A DNA stretch of 64,000 bases. It comes from Camelus dromedarius. Its lineage: Eukaryota. The stretch lies in the NCBI RefSeq assembly GCF_036321535.1, contig NC_087459.1, forward strand, positions 10,726,001-10,790,000, written 5' to 3'. The notes under the pieces are model-generated. The model did not search any database, was not told the origin of the DNA, and saw only the letters and a list, made by a program, of their open reading frames with translations. Position 1 is the first letter of the stretch; the number at the start of each line of letters is the position of its first letter. Shown in pieces: positions 1-11,931 of this stretch. Position numbers and translations under genes: made by a program.

Positions 1-420
1 ACCGCCCCCAAATATCCCCTGTTCCCACTCCAGACCCTGAACACATGTTCTTACCTTATATGATAAGAGGGACTCTGCAGATGTGATTAAGGATTAAGCT
101 AATGATTTGGAGTTGGGGACGGGATCCTGGGTTATCCCCCTGGGCCCAATGTAGCCACAAGGATCTTTCAGAAGCAAGACTGAGGAAGGGACCATGAAAC
201 AAGGAATGACAGTGGCCTCTAGAAGCAGGTAAGAGCAAGGATATGGATTCTCCCTTAGAGCCTTCAGAGGCAGTGCAAGCCTGTTGACACCTTGATTCTG
301 GCTCAGGGACATTAATTTCGTACTTCTGACCTCTAGAGCTATGAGAGGATAAAAATCTGTGTTGCTGAAGCCTCCTAGTTGGTGCTAATTTGTTACAGCA
401 GCTGTAGGAAACGAATACAT
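1..420 (+). mobile_element. MaLR solo LTR (MLT1-like), 5' end cut by the window edge
   Basis: Hallmarks GCAGATGTGATTAAG, CTAGAAGC...GGATTCTCCCTTAGAGCC, TTTGTTACAGCAGC...GGAAACGAATACA. Confidence 0.75.
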
Positions 421-475
421 GGCATTTACTTTCCATTCCCCACCGGTGTTCTTTCCTGCAGTAGGTACCACTGTC

Positions 476-680
476 AGTGGTTCTCAACTGGGGAGATTGT
501 GCCCACAGGGGACATCTTTGATTGTCACAACAGGAGGGGCGGTGCTACTGGCACCTAGTGGGTGAGGCCAGGGATGCTGCTGGTTGTCTTACAAAGGACA
601 GAACAGCCCCCACCACCCACCACAAGGGCTGACCCGGCCCCAGATGTCAATAGTGCCAAGGCTGTGAAATCCTAGTCTAT
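476..680 (+). mobile_element. MER20-like hAT-Charlie MITE
   Basis: CAGTGGTTCTCAAC...GGCCAGGGATGCTGCT...ATGTCAATAGTGCCAAGGCTG. Confidence 0.7.
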
Positions 681-1116
681 TCGTGGGATCCATTCCTAGA
701 AATGCAATTGCTGAACCAAAGGGCATGTGATTTTGAAAGGTAGATGGGGCCATAACCTTAACCTTGGAAATGAGTTCAGCTCATCCACAGTAATACTCCA
801 ACTGTGAGATGTTGTGCTGTGGATAGTGTGGGTCCGCACTGGCCCTGGGAGTTCCCCAGACCTGGAGTCAGCAGGTTTGTAAATTCAGTGGGTAAATAAC
901 TATGGGGCAGGTATTGCAGGATTCACTCACTTAATCACCAGGTCCTGAGTGCCTGTCACGTGTATGAAGCTTGTGTATCCCTGCCCTTACAGAGGTCCCA
1001 CTGGACAATAGGGAGATTAACCAGAAAACCACATGACGTGTACACAGAGAGGGCAGCGAGTACATAGGCTTAGAGAAGTCAAGGAGGGTTTCAGGGCAGA
1101 GGTGACTTTGAGCTGA

Positions 1117-1624
1117 TGTGATGATTAATTTTATGTGTCTACTTGCATGGGCTAAAGGATGCCCAGATGGCTGGTAAAACATTATTCCTGGGTGTGCCTG
1201 TGAGGGTGTCTCCGGAAGAGGTTAGCATTTGATTCAGTAGACTAAAGCAAAAAGAGTCCCCTCCCCAAGGCAAGTGAGCACCGTCTGGTCCACTGAGGGC
1301 TTGAATAGAACAAAAGAGGTGGTGGAAAGGTGACTTTACTGTGTGCTTGAGCTGAGACATCCACCCTCTGCCCTCGACCATCAGAGCTCCTAGTTCTTGG
1401 ATGTTTTGACTCAGGCTGTGACTCACACCATTGTCCCCCCACCCCCCGATTCTCACGCCTTTAAACTTGCCCTGAATTACACCACCAACTTTCCTGGGTC
1501 TCCAGCTTGTAGACGGCAGATAGCAGGACTTCTCGCCACCTTCACCTAAGGAGCCAATTCCTGTAATATATCTCCTTACACACGCCCCACTGCTTCTGTT
1601 TCTCCGGAGAACCCTGACTAGTAC
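1117..1624 (+). mobile_element. ERVL solo LTR (MLT2-like)
   Basis: TGTGATGATTAATTTTATGTGTC...GGGCTAAAGGATGCCCAGAT...CTCCAGCTTGTAGACGGCAGAT...GGAGAACCCTGACTAGTACA. Confidence 0.75.
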
Positions 1625-1903
1625 ACCCCACAGTCACTCACTGAATGCTCCCCACCTGCTCGTGCCCTCCAGGAGCTTGCATGTACCGCATGGGCTTCCG
1701 TGAAGTCCATTTCCTTTCCAGGGTTCCAGAGAGTCCCGGGGAGGGCACACACCCTGCAGGCACAGCCTCCACCCTGGACCTGTGCTCTCTTGTTACTCAT
1801 CCCTGAGAGCTGTTTCTCCAGGGGTGGCAGGCACATTCTGTGAATTCCTCAATTTTGTCCACACAGCAATGCTGTGAGAGCCATAGTATCACCCCTACCT
1901 CCC

Positions 1904-2036
1904 TTTTTTTTTTTGCAGCAGGTGGGAAGGTAGGTAACTAGGTTTATTTATTTATTTATTTTAATGGAGGTGTACTGGGGTTTGAAACAGTACCTCGTGC
2001 ATGCTAAGCATGCTCTCTACCACTGAGCTACACCCC
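1904..2036 (-). mobile_element. tRNA-Ala(AGC)-derived camelid SINE (vic-1-like), copy 1
   Basis: Minus strand reads GGGGTGTAGCTCAGTGGTAGAGAGCATGCTTAGCATGCACGAGGT...CCTCCA, then (AAAT)n, a CCTAGTTACCT motif and an A tail. Confidence 0.8.
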
Positions 2037-2044
2037 ACCCCATC

Positions 2045-2165
2045 CCCGTTTTATAGATGAGGAAACTGAGGCCCAGAAGAGTAAGTGACTTGCCTAAGGT
2101 TGAATCGCACAAAGTCAGTGGCAGGGTGGGGATTATCACATAGCTTCACCAGACTCCAAAGCTGG
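2045..2165 (-). mobile_element. MIR (representative copy)
   Basis: MIR core TTTTATAGATGAGGAAACTGAGGC. Other cores at ~3620, ~4095, ~7850, ~11035, ~11270, ~15475, ~20545, ~21090, ~22455, ~41240, ~43600 and ~50100. Confidence 0.7.
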
Positions 2166-2450
2166 AGCTGGTTTCCCTCCTTCTGGTCTGCCGGGGGGGT
2201 TGAGGCAGAGGGGGAGGCAGGAGTGAGGGGGTGGGGGGTGCGGAACACACAGTTTTGGGAAGATGGAAAGTTTTAAGTGTTTATGACGCCATGTGCCAGG
2301 AGGTAGGGACTGGGACCGCAGAGCCTGATTTGGAACTTGACTCTGGTTCTGGGGCAGAAAGGGGCTGGTTGTCCAAGGGAGGCCCTCCCAGGTCTTCACG
2401 ACTCCTGAGGGCCTGGGGTCTCATACTGTTACTTTAAAAAGAAACACAAT

Positions 2451-2456
2451 TTTATT
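2451..2456 (-). terminator. Candidate SEPTIN12 polyadenylation signal (AATAAA); ATTAAA variant at 2536-2541
   Basis: TTTATT at 2451-2456 and TTTAAT at 2536-2541 on +, 85-175 nt downstream of the SEPTIN12 stop codon. Confidence 0.6.
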
Positions 2457-2625
2457 TGAGGATAGCTCAAAGAAGACATTTACAAAACACCTTTTGTTTT
2501 CAAAGCACAGCTTTTCCCAAAAAGCAATGTTCACCTTTAATACACGCTCTAGTATACAGGTGTGTGCGGGGGGTTGGGGGGTGCCATGGCGTCTGGGAGA
2601 CCCTGGGCCCAGGGTGCTCCAGTGC

Positions 2626-5600
2626 TTAGCATTCATCGTCCGAGTTGTCCTGGGTCCACCGGCAGACCTTCATGGTCCGGGGGGTGGCCTGGGGACTGGC
2701 AGGGCTGGGGGCCGGGCCCGGGGCCAGGTTCACCCAGCCGGGCCCACGGGGCAGCACGTGGCTTTTGTTCAGTCTGAAGACACGGTAGTTCTCGTAGTGG
2801 ATGTTATGGGTGATGTCCTTCAGGTCTTGGAGGTGGGTGCTGGGAGATGGGCGGCAGGACGGCTGGATTGACCACAGAATCCTCCAGGGCCCCCCGTAGC
2901 CCCCCGGGCTCCCCATTCGCTCACCGGATGAGCAAGTCTCTCAGGAGGGGGAACTCACAATGAGCCATGTTCTCCACTGCAAGACACCACCGAGCCCCTG
3001 AGCACGGCTCTGCCTGCAGCCCTGCCCTTGGCCTCAGCGAGCACACTGCCACCTGCCAGCCGCCCCGCCCCTCCCCGCACCTCCCGTGTTAGCCCACTTC
3101 CCTTCTCCATTCTTTCATTCATTCCAGCGCCCCCAGCCCTGGTACAGGTGGCTTCTACAAATAGTTGTTGAACCAAGGAACCCACTGATCATTTATCATT
3201 ATACATTTAATAATGAGTGTAGGATGTTTATTATGCCACATATAATATGTGCTACTTCCTGCCTTTAACAGTTGTATCGGTAAGTCAGGGACTCAGGCCG
3301 GGGCTGCGTCTCCTCCACTTTCTGGCCTGGCCCTCAGCAGGCCCATCCTCTGCTCCCTTGGGTACCTCCCCCTCCTACCCTGCACATTTTCTTCACTCTA
3401 CTTTTCCCACCTGTCCTTGTCTCATCAGCTCTGTGGGCACAGAAACCTTGCTGGTCCCCCTTTCACTGTACCCCTCAGGAACCACACATCGTGTGCCCGG
3501 CACTTGGTAGGCCCACAATCAATTCTGGTGAGCAAATAGGGCACCTTCTGGGTGCCGGACATCGTGCAAAGGAGTGGCTCTGACCCCTCTGACTGCCCTA
3601 TGAGGTTGATGTTACAGTGATGCCCACCTGACGGTAAGGAAACTGAGGCCCAGAGAGTCAGGTTACCTCCCTAGGGCCTCTCAGCTGCACGAAGGAGATT
3701 GACCCCAGGGCTCTGTTTCTTGGCTCTGGGCTTAACTACACGGGGCTCTATGGTGGGTGTAAGGATGCCAAAGGCATGCGCGGCTTTTCAGTCCGTTCTC
3801 CCTGGGCCGTCCCCAGAGTCCCTGCACTGACCTTCAATGATGCCCCACTTCGTCTTCCGGCCCAGGACACATCTCCCATTCACCAGGTGCTCTCGGTCGG
3901 CCCCGACCACAGCAAAGGGGATCCGTTCCTGTGGGGAGGGGACAAGATGTGAGGGAGGGCTGGTCCCACTGGGGAAGTGGAGAGAGAGGACACCAAGGTA
4001 GGAACTTGAAAGGTGCTGTCCTTTGTGGGGAGAGAAAGTGGGAGAAGGAGCACAGACATCTAAAGTCAGAAGACACAAAGTCTAATCGGCGCCTCAGTTT
4101 CCTCATCTGTAAAATGGGAGTCACAACAGAACCCACGCAGGGCTTTGCGACTCTCTGGGAAGGGCTTAGCAAGATTAAGAGGTACGTAGAGTAAATCTTG
4201 GAAACCCAGTACTACTCAGAGTCGTATTAATGATATAATCCTGCTCTTGTCCCTATCTCTTACCTGTGAAACCATCAACCATTGTCATGAGGGTTAAGAG
4301 AGAGAATTTATAAACCAGTGGTTAGCAACCTATGGCTCCTTGGCCGAAACATTCAAGTTCATTCAGTCCCGCCCATTCATTGACTCTTTCCTGCTACTAC
4401 CGCAGAGTTGCATAATTCCAACACAGACTCGTAGCCCACAAAGTCTAAAATATTTACCATCGTCTAGCCCTTCACAAAAGTTTGCTAAGCCCTGTGGAAA
4501 TTCCAGTTGTTTACTTGTTCATGGCCAGAAAGGAAGTGGAGATTAAACTCCCAAGTGCTGAGCGGGGAGGGTAGAGCTCAGTGGTAAAGCGTGTGCTTAG
4601 CATGCATGAGGTCCTGGGTTTAATCCGAGTACCTCCATTTAAAAAAAATAATAAGTGAATAAATAAAAACCTAATTACCTCCCATGCCAAAACAAAGCAA
4701 GCAAACAAACAAAACCCCCCAAGTGCTGCATGTGGTTTGTTTTTGTCTCTAAGAATTAGGTTGTGATGGGGAATAAATTGATGCTAATAACAACTATCTG
4801 TTGCATACTTATTATATACCAGCCCGTTGTCAACCTTCAATCAATGTTACACATCTGGATGATTTATTGAAGTGTTAATTTGAATATATTCTCCTTCATT
4901 TCCCCCTAGTTCTGTTCCAGCTGTGGCCACGCTGCTGTCTTTGCCGGCCTCAGGACAGAAAGCAGGAGGTCAAGGTTCTTTGAATCTTTCACAGGAAATG
5001 CTGTTCATTGCTCCAGCGGGGAGTGGAAAGAGGGAATGTGAAAAGAAATTTGGTGCCAACTGGGAAGCAGGGCTTCCAAGTACAAATGTGCAGTTTGTGC
5101 ACTGCACAAAGGCATCTGGCTATGAGGCTGTGTAGGGCTGAAATCCCATGCAAGGCCCCGTCTGTGAAGGAAGCTACTGCCTTTTTCTAATCCAAGCAGA
5201 AGTGCTGTGTAGGCTAACAGGGTCCCTGGGGGAGGTGGATGCCTCACCCAAGTGCTTTGCAGGATCCAGACAGACTGACAGAATGTACCACAAGGACAAC
5301 AATATGGGGACTTGCAGTTGGAGTTCAGTTGATTCAGAGAAAATACTATTTTCCCTCGCCTCCTCTCTTCCTCTCTTTCTTTCTTTCCCCTTCTTTTTTC
5401 CTTTCTTCCTTGTAACAGCTTTACCGAGATATTATTTACATACCATAAAACTTGCCCATTTAGAGGTACAGTTCAGTGGTTTTTAATATGTTCACAAGAT
5501 TGTGCAACCAACACCACAATCTAATTGCAGAGCGCTTTCATCGCCCCCAAGTGAAAACCCCTACACTTTAGCATTCGCTCCCCGTTTCCCCCAAACCTCC

Positions 5601-8600
5601 TAGCCCCTGGCAACCACGAATCTATTTTCTGTCTCAATACATTTGCCTATTCTGGACATCATGTAACGGAGTCATATAATATTTGGCTTTTTGGGTCTGG
5701 CTTTTACATTTTCAAGGTTTATCCACACTATAGCGTCTATCAGAATTTTATTTCTTTTTATGGCTATTCCATCAGATGGATGGACCACATTTATTTATCT
5801 ATTTTTTTTTAAATGGAGGTATGACATTAAACCCAGGACCTCGCTCATGCTAAGCATGTGCTCTACCACTGAGCTATACCCAGCACCCTGTTCATCTATT
5901 TATAAATTAATGGACATTTGGACTGTTTCACTTTTTAACCATTATGAATAATTCTACTAGGCACACTTGTATATGAGTTTTTATGTTGACATAGGTTTTC
6001 TTTTTTTAAATAGCTTTATTGAGATACAATTCACATAGTCATGTTTTTTAAAATTTTGATTTATTTATTGTTTACTTGTCTCTTCTCTTTTGCGGGGGGA
6101 GGTAATTAGGGTTTTTTTTTTAAATGGAGGTACTGGAGATTGAACCCAGGACCTCGTGCATGCTAGGCATGCACTCTACCACTGAGCTTCACCCTCTTCC
6201 CAACACAGGCTTCATTTCTTATTAGAGTGGAAATGCTAGGTCACTAGGCTAGTGTCTAACCTTTGAAGAACTGCCAGACTGTTTTCTAAAGCGGATGCAC
6301 CATTTGACATTCCCACCAGCAGCGCATGAAAGTTCCAGTTTGTCCAATTCCTTACTAACACTTGTCATTGTCTGTCATTTTGATAATCGCCACCCTAGTG
6401 GGCGTGGAGTGGTATCTTATTGCGGCTTTGATTTGCATTTCCCTCATGACTGATGACCGCGAACATCTTTTTCATATTCTTACTAACCATGTGTGTAAAA
6501 TCTTTGGGGAAATGTCCATTCAAATCCTTTGCCCATTTTTTTTATACATATACACCCTTTATTTTGCATTCTCCTGGTTGTTAATGAGGTTGACCATATA
6601 GCCATATGAATTTTTTTCTATGAAATTTTTTCTTTCTCATTGATCATTTCTATTTTTCTTTTTCCTTTTTTAAATGGCGGTACTGGGGATTGAACCAGGA
6701 CCTCGTGCATGCTAAGCATACACTCTACCACTGAGCTATAACCCCGCCTTTGCCCATTTTTAAATTGGCTTACTTGCCTTTTATTGTTGATTTGTAAGAG
6801 TTCTTTATATATTCAGGGTACAAATCCCTTATCAGATATCTCCTTTGCAAACACTTTCTCCCTTTCTGGGGGTTGTTGATATGACCTACTTCTTGAGTTT
6901 GTGGATGGATGGAGATTCACACCTGCTAGAAATACATGAACTTTCCCCAAGTTGTGAAGAGAGACGAATCTTCAGATGGAAAGCATGAGTGGAAAGCAAA
7001 TCGCCCAGGCTCGGTCCCACCAGCCTCCCCACCTCCCACAGCCTCCTACCCGGATCTTGCTATTGAGGATCCTGTCATTGACGTCCTCATCGAAGCACTT
7101 CTGGGGGTACACCTCGATGCAGTGGGTCCTCAGGTTATGCTGGATCTGCAGACAGCACCTGGGTAACCTCAGCCCACCCTGTATACTTTGCCTGCTCCCC
7201 AACCCCAGCGACCCCCAGCTTGGCCCCAGGCGCCCAGATCACCCTGCGCCTGAAGGCCTCTCGTTCCTCAATGGTCAAGCTGTCAGCCCGGGCAATCACG
7301 GGCACCACATTCACAGTCTGGCAGAGGCGCTGCAGGAATTCAATGTCCAGGGGCCGCAGGCTGCTTAGGCAGGACAGTGACGGTGGCGAGTGTGTGAGTG
7401 AGTGAGGCGATGCCAGTTCGCAGCCCATGCCACGGACTCCTCCTCCTTCTCCTGTCCACCCCACGCAGATGGCCCTCCACCTGTGGGCCCAGCCACCTCA
7501 CCAGTGTCCGGTGGGTGGCACGAAGTACACGCAGCAGTGCACCCGGGTGTCAGGGATGTGGCGCTGGCGGGTGATGAGAATCTCCTCCTGCAGGTACCGC
7601 TCGTACTGCTCATTGATGTAGCCCAGGATTGGGTCCCAGCTGGGGCAGGAGATGCCCAACCTCAGAACCTTGCCAGAAGCCCCCACCCCGGGTCCTCTGG
7701 GGAATCTCCTGTTAGGATGACCAATCGCCCAGTTTGCCCAGGATACAGGAATTTCAGTTTTGCACAACCTGAGGCCTTTGTTTACCTGAGTACCCTCCAC
7801 CAACTCCTCTGCATCATCAGAGAGGCCCCTGCCCTTCTCCAGCTGAGGCCTCAGCTTCCTCTTCTGTAAAATGGGGACGATAAGAGCAGCTACTTTGTAA
7901 GGGAGGAGTGAGCATTAAAGGAGAGAAATGCTGAACCTGGTTCAAACCACCAGGGACTCTTGCCTGACTGTTGCAATGGTCTCCAGCCTCCTCTCCCTGG
8001 GTCCCTTTCCCTGCAGGACTACTGTCAACACAGCAGCCAAAAACATTCTTTTAAAACCAGGAGTCAGATCACCTCCCCTTTCTGCTCAGCCTCCAGTGGT
8101 CAGAAAAAAAAAAAAGCTCAAGTCCCTTATGTTGCCCTTCAAGGCCCTATTGGATCCCACTACTGATCCTGCCTGCCTGCCCCTCCTCCTCTCCCTATCA
8201 CTCAGGTTCCCCCAGCCACCCCACCTCAGGGCCTTTGCACATGCCACCTTCTAGGCACATGCCTTGAACACTCTTCCCCTGCGTGTGCACATAGCTAATT
8301 CTTCTCCTGGAAGTCTTTGCCCAGATGTCACCTTTTCTGTGAGGTCTTCCTTGATCACTCCGCTTAAAATTGCACACCCCTACCCCTGCCCATTACAGCT
8401 CTGTACTTTCACTCCCAGAAGTGTACCGTGTGGGTGGTAGAGTTCAGGTTCAGCCTCCATACAGCTGACTAATTTTGTTCATCGATTGCCCCCACCCCCA
8501 CTACAATGTACATTCCGTGGAGACAAGGATGTTCTTCGGCTCTGTTCGTTGCTGTATCCCTGTGTCTAGGACAGAGCTTGCACGTGGTAAGTGCTATGTG

Positions 8601-11535
8601 AGGCATTGTGTGCAGGGCTGGCTTTGTGGGAATGTGAATGGAGCCATTACACAGGGGTCTGGGCTTAGAAGGGCCCACGCAGGTCTGAACACTCTGCGGA
8701 CGTAGTCTTAAAATTCTCAGTGCTTTTTAAATAGGGCCCTCCCATTTTCATTGCACTGGGTCCCACAAGTTGTGCAGCCAGTCCTGATTATGCATATATA
8801 TGTGTGTGTGTGTGTCTTACATTGAGAGCCTTGAACAACTTTGCAAGGGGCGTGTCATCAGTTCCAAGTTACAAAGAAGGAAGCTGAGGCTCAGAGAGCT
8901 TTGGTGGCCAGTCCGAGGTGATGCAACTGGGAAGCAGTCTACCCAGGGGTCCTGACTCTGGACTGTGAGCTTCTAACCCCCTGCCACACCACAGCCTTTA
9001 TTGAGCACTTACTGTGTGCCAGGCAGTGAGCTAAGACCTTCAAGTTACTTGACTCCCTTGGATCTGGGAGGGATGGTTGCACAAACCCATTGCATAGACA
9101 AATAAACTGAGCCTCAAAGGTGCCACAGCCAGGTGGCTCCCAGAGACCGGAGGGGCAGGGGCAGCCAGGGCTTGGTCTTCCCTCACCCCCCACCCCTGCT
9201 GAGGACCCACCATTTGTCATTGTTGATCTGGTCCCCGAAGCCGGGTGTGTCAGTCACGGTCAGCTTAAGCTTCACGCCCTTCTCCTCGATGACTGGGGGG
9301 GAGAGTGAAGGGGCAGAGGCTGGGCCTGGGTGGGTGGGGTGGAGGGAGGCGGGTCTCACTCACCGTGGGTCACCGACTGCAGCTGCAGCGTTTTGGGCGT
9401 GGGCACCCCCAGGCCTGGCAGGGTGGACTTCCACATCTTGGACTTAAAGAGCGTGTTCACCATCGTGGACTTGCCAAGCCCGCTCTGCCCTGTGAGGAAC
9501 CACATGGCACCAACAATGGTGAATGGGTTAGGCAGTGTTTTGGAAGCTCTTAAATAAGCTGTTCTGGAAAGTGAACTGTTTGCTAAGTATCACACACTTA
9601 CGGAAAAGTGTGTATTATCATACGTCTCCAGCTCAACGCCTCCCCCTACTTTTTTTTTAATGGAGATGCTGAGGATTGAACCCACGACCACGTGCATGCT
9701 AAGCATGTGCTCTACCACTGAGATATTATCCTCCTCCCTCATTTTTTAATTGAAGCAAGATTCATATAATAANNNNNNNNNNNNNNNNNNNNNNNNNNNN
9801 NNNNNNNNNNNNNNNNNNNNNNNNNNNNNNNNNNNNNNNNNNNNNNNNNNNNNNNNNNNNNNNNNNNNNNNNNNNNNNNNNNNNNNNNNNNNNNNNNNNN
9901 NNAGCACTTCCTCCCCACGCCCCCTCCTGCCAGCCCCAGGCAACCACACATCTGTTTTCTGGACATTTCATATAAATGGAATCCTGCAATATTGTCCTTT
10001 TGTCTGTGGCTCCTCCCTCTCAGCATAATGCTTTCAAGATTCACCCACATTGTAGCATGGACTGGTACTTCATTCCTTTTCATGACTGAATAATACTCCA
10101 CCAAATGGGTGGACCATGCTGTGTTTATCCATTTATCCGTGGATGGGCAGGTCAAAGCATTTTTACATATAAAACAACCTGTGCGTGCAGCGCCAGATCA
10201 AGAGACACAACACACAGCTACCCCAAGCCCACTCCTGCCTCGTCTCAGTAACTATTAACACAGCTCCAGGGACAGGGACAGCCGCTCTCCTGACTTTATC
10301 AGCGGGGTGCAGTTGCTGCCCATCCTCGACATCTTTCATATCTGGCTTATTTTGCTCAGAGCTACTAGGCAAGTTTCCCCCAGGCTGCCTGGGCTTGTAG
10401 ATGGTCCATTCTCCCTGCCCTGGGGGCTTCTCAAACTCTGCAGACCACGCCCCGCAGTAGGACACATCCTACATCATGGCTGGACACACCTCTGTGTGTC
10501 TGACTGAAACTGTCCTTTGGGCTGTGCTATCCAATATAGGTGATATTGCCTGGCTATTGCCAGCGGCAATATGGCCACCTGGCCAACGTGAATTGAGGTG
10601 TGCCATCGGTGGACAAGAACAAACCATATTTTGCAGGCTTGGTATGACATAAAGAACAAAAAGGATCTCATGAATAATGTTTTATATGGATTACATGTCA
10701 AGATGACAGTATTTAGAAATGTGTTGAGTTAAATAAAAAAGACAGTTAAAATTAATTTTTCCTGTTTCTCTTTACTTTTTTTTAAAAGGAGGCTACTAGG
10801 AAACTTAAAATTATGGATGTGGCTCCTAGTACCTTTCTACTGGGTAGCCCTGCCTTAGAATAATGCTCTTAGCTGGGGCAACACACTCTGACATTTTCTG
10901 TTCTATGGTATCCAGTTCATTTTTTTAGAAGTGTAGTTTTTGAGTTACAACATTAATTCTGCATATATGAAAATGCGATTCCAGATAAACCGACCCTTGG
11001 AGAACCTCCCTGATGCCAGGCACTGTGCCAGGTCAGATGAGGAAACTGAGGCAAAGAGGGGTCAGGGGACGTGCCCCAGATCACACACTGGTGGGCGTTA
11101 AGGCCTGGGACCAGGATCTGAGTCTGAGAGTTCCCCACTCCCTGCCATGGTCTCTCCTTTATTGCTCTGTTCGGGTTGGGGCTTCATGGGTGGTTTTTGT
11201 CTTTCAGCGACTCAGTGTTTCCCAGATTTTCAGCTATAGCCCCCCTGTGAGGTATAACTGTCAGGCCCACCTTACAGATGGGGACACTGAGGCTCCGAGA
11301 GGCGACACATCCAGGCCCACGGGGTGGCATCCACTGGTCTGTCCTCCCGTAAAAGCCCCTGCCCTCACTCACCCACCACCATGATGTTGAACTCAAACCC
11401 CATCTTCATGGCCTTGATCTTCAGTTGGTCCAGCACGGCCTCGATGCCCACGTAACCAAGCATCTCGCAGGATGGTGTCCTGGGGCTGGAAGGCCTTGGT
11501 GAGCAGGGGGAGGGGGGCTGCCTCAGGGGGTCCAT
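2626..11535 (-). CDS. SEPTIN12: Septin-12 (testis septin GTPase), 9 coding exons, 361 aa
   Basis: Exons (minus strand): 11373-11535, 9364-9489, 9211-9292, 7502-7639, 7243-7360, 7050-7145, 3832-3928, 2925-2976, 2626-2839. Total 1086 nt, all GT-AG, frame preserved. Protein [10 protein letters not shown]...[25 protein letters not shown] (P-loop)...DTPGFGD (G3)...ARADSLT (G4 region)...GRKTKWG...HYENYR...NSDDEC*; recognisably SEPT12. Confidence 0.97.
4317..4495. mobile_element. MER58-like hAT MITE
   Basis: CAGTGGTTAGCAACCTATGG...CCCACAAAGTCTAAAATATTTAC...AAAGTTTGCTAAGCCCTG. A second fragment lies at ~12850-12960. Confidence 0.55.
4561..4717 (+). mobile_element. vic-1-like SINE copy 2, full length with target-site duplication
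   Basis: tRNA-Ala head ~4564-4637, A-rich spacer, AACCTAATTACCTCCC motif, (CAAA)n tail. TSD CCCAAGTGCTG at 4550-4560 and 4718-4728. Confidence 0.88.
5790..5882 (-). mobile_element. vic-1-like SINE copy 3 (short tail), inserted in L1MB
   Basis: tRNA-Ala head. Near-TSD TT(T/C)ATCTATTT on both sides. Confidence 0.8.
6044..6198 (-). mobile_element. vic-1-like SINE copy 4
   Basis: tRNA-Ala head ~6125-6198, CCTAATTACCTCCCCCC motif, AATAAA/TTTT/A tail. Confidence 0.85.
6541..6746 (-). mobile_element. vic-1-like SINE copy 5 with ~120 nt non-SINE 3' extension
   Basis: Head 6746-6675. 15-bp TSD CCTTTGCCCATTTTT at 6526-6540 and 6747-6761, at an L1-endonuclease-type TTTTT/AA site. Confidence 0.85.
7990..8600 (+). 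mobile_element. L2 fragment
   Basis: GTCAGATCACCTCCCC...CAGGGCCTTTGCACATGC...CAGATGTCACCTTTTCTGTGAGGTCTTCC. Further L2-like tracts at ~35750-36350, ~41900-42960 and ~51000-51420. Confidence 0.6.
8650..8786 (+). mobile_element. MER91A-like hAT-Tip100 MITE
   Basis: AGAAGGGCCCACGC...CATTTTCATTGCACTGGGTCCCACAAGTTGTGCAGCCAGTCCTG. Confidence 0.55.
9650..9735 (-). mobile_element. vic-1-like SINE copy 6 (diverged, short tail)
   Basis: TGGAGATGCTGAGGATTGAACCC...ATGCTAAGCATGTGCTCTACCACTGAG on +, preceded by a T run. Confidence 0.78.
9740..10160 (-). mobile_element. L1M 3' fragment spanning an N gap
   Basis: CCCCAGGCAACCAC...GGACATTTCATATAAATGGAATC...TTCCTTTTCATGACTGAATAATACTCC. Confidence 0.7.
9773..9902. 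other. Assembly gap (130 N)
   Basis: N run inside an L1 fragment in SEPTIN12 intron. Confidence 0.99.
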
Positions 11536-11931
11536 GGGGCTGAGGAACAATGATGCCTGTCATCAGGGTTGGGTGGGGAGAAGGGGGTTGCTAGGGCTCC
11601 AGTGGAGGACCACCCAAGGTCTCGTTTCTGAGCCTTGACTCCTGAGCCCTGCTCACAGGCACTCCCATACTTCATGCCCCCTGATCTATGTGTTCCCCAA
11701 GTCCCACGGCCCGTGGGGTTTGGTGAGGGGTGTCTGGGGGAGCTGCATCTCAGGGGAGACTGAACTCCCTTTCTGAGGTGCACCAGCCCCAGGGATATGT
11801 CCCTCCTACACCCTTGGCCCAGGCAGGCTCCCTGCTCAGACACTTCCCCAGCAGACTGTGGCTGGCCTGGCAAAACCCAGGGGCTGGACCTGTGGGGGAC
11901 GGAGAGCGAGAGAAGCAGCCTCGTGTAGCAC

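Larger units (their letters stand above)
5405..6880 (-). mobile_element. Old L1 (L1MB-like) 3' region, interrupted by three SINEs
   Basis: CAGCTTTACCGAGATATT...CCCCTGGCAACCAC...GACATTCCCACCAGCAG...TTTGATTTGCATTTCCCT...CCCTTATCAGATAT on +. Confidence 0.75.

Noticed and set aside
2626-2916. 96-aa ORF from an intronic ATG in frame with the last SEPTIN12 exon
   Set aside because: The ATG lies in the 85-nt last intron in weak context (C at -3). Retaining the intron gives an immediate TGA, and nothing suggests an internal promoter.
10163-10465. 100-aa ORF with a KPDM stretch reminiscent of thymosin beta
   Set aside because: The similarity is limited to four residues, with no LKKT motif, poly(A) or TSD.
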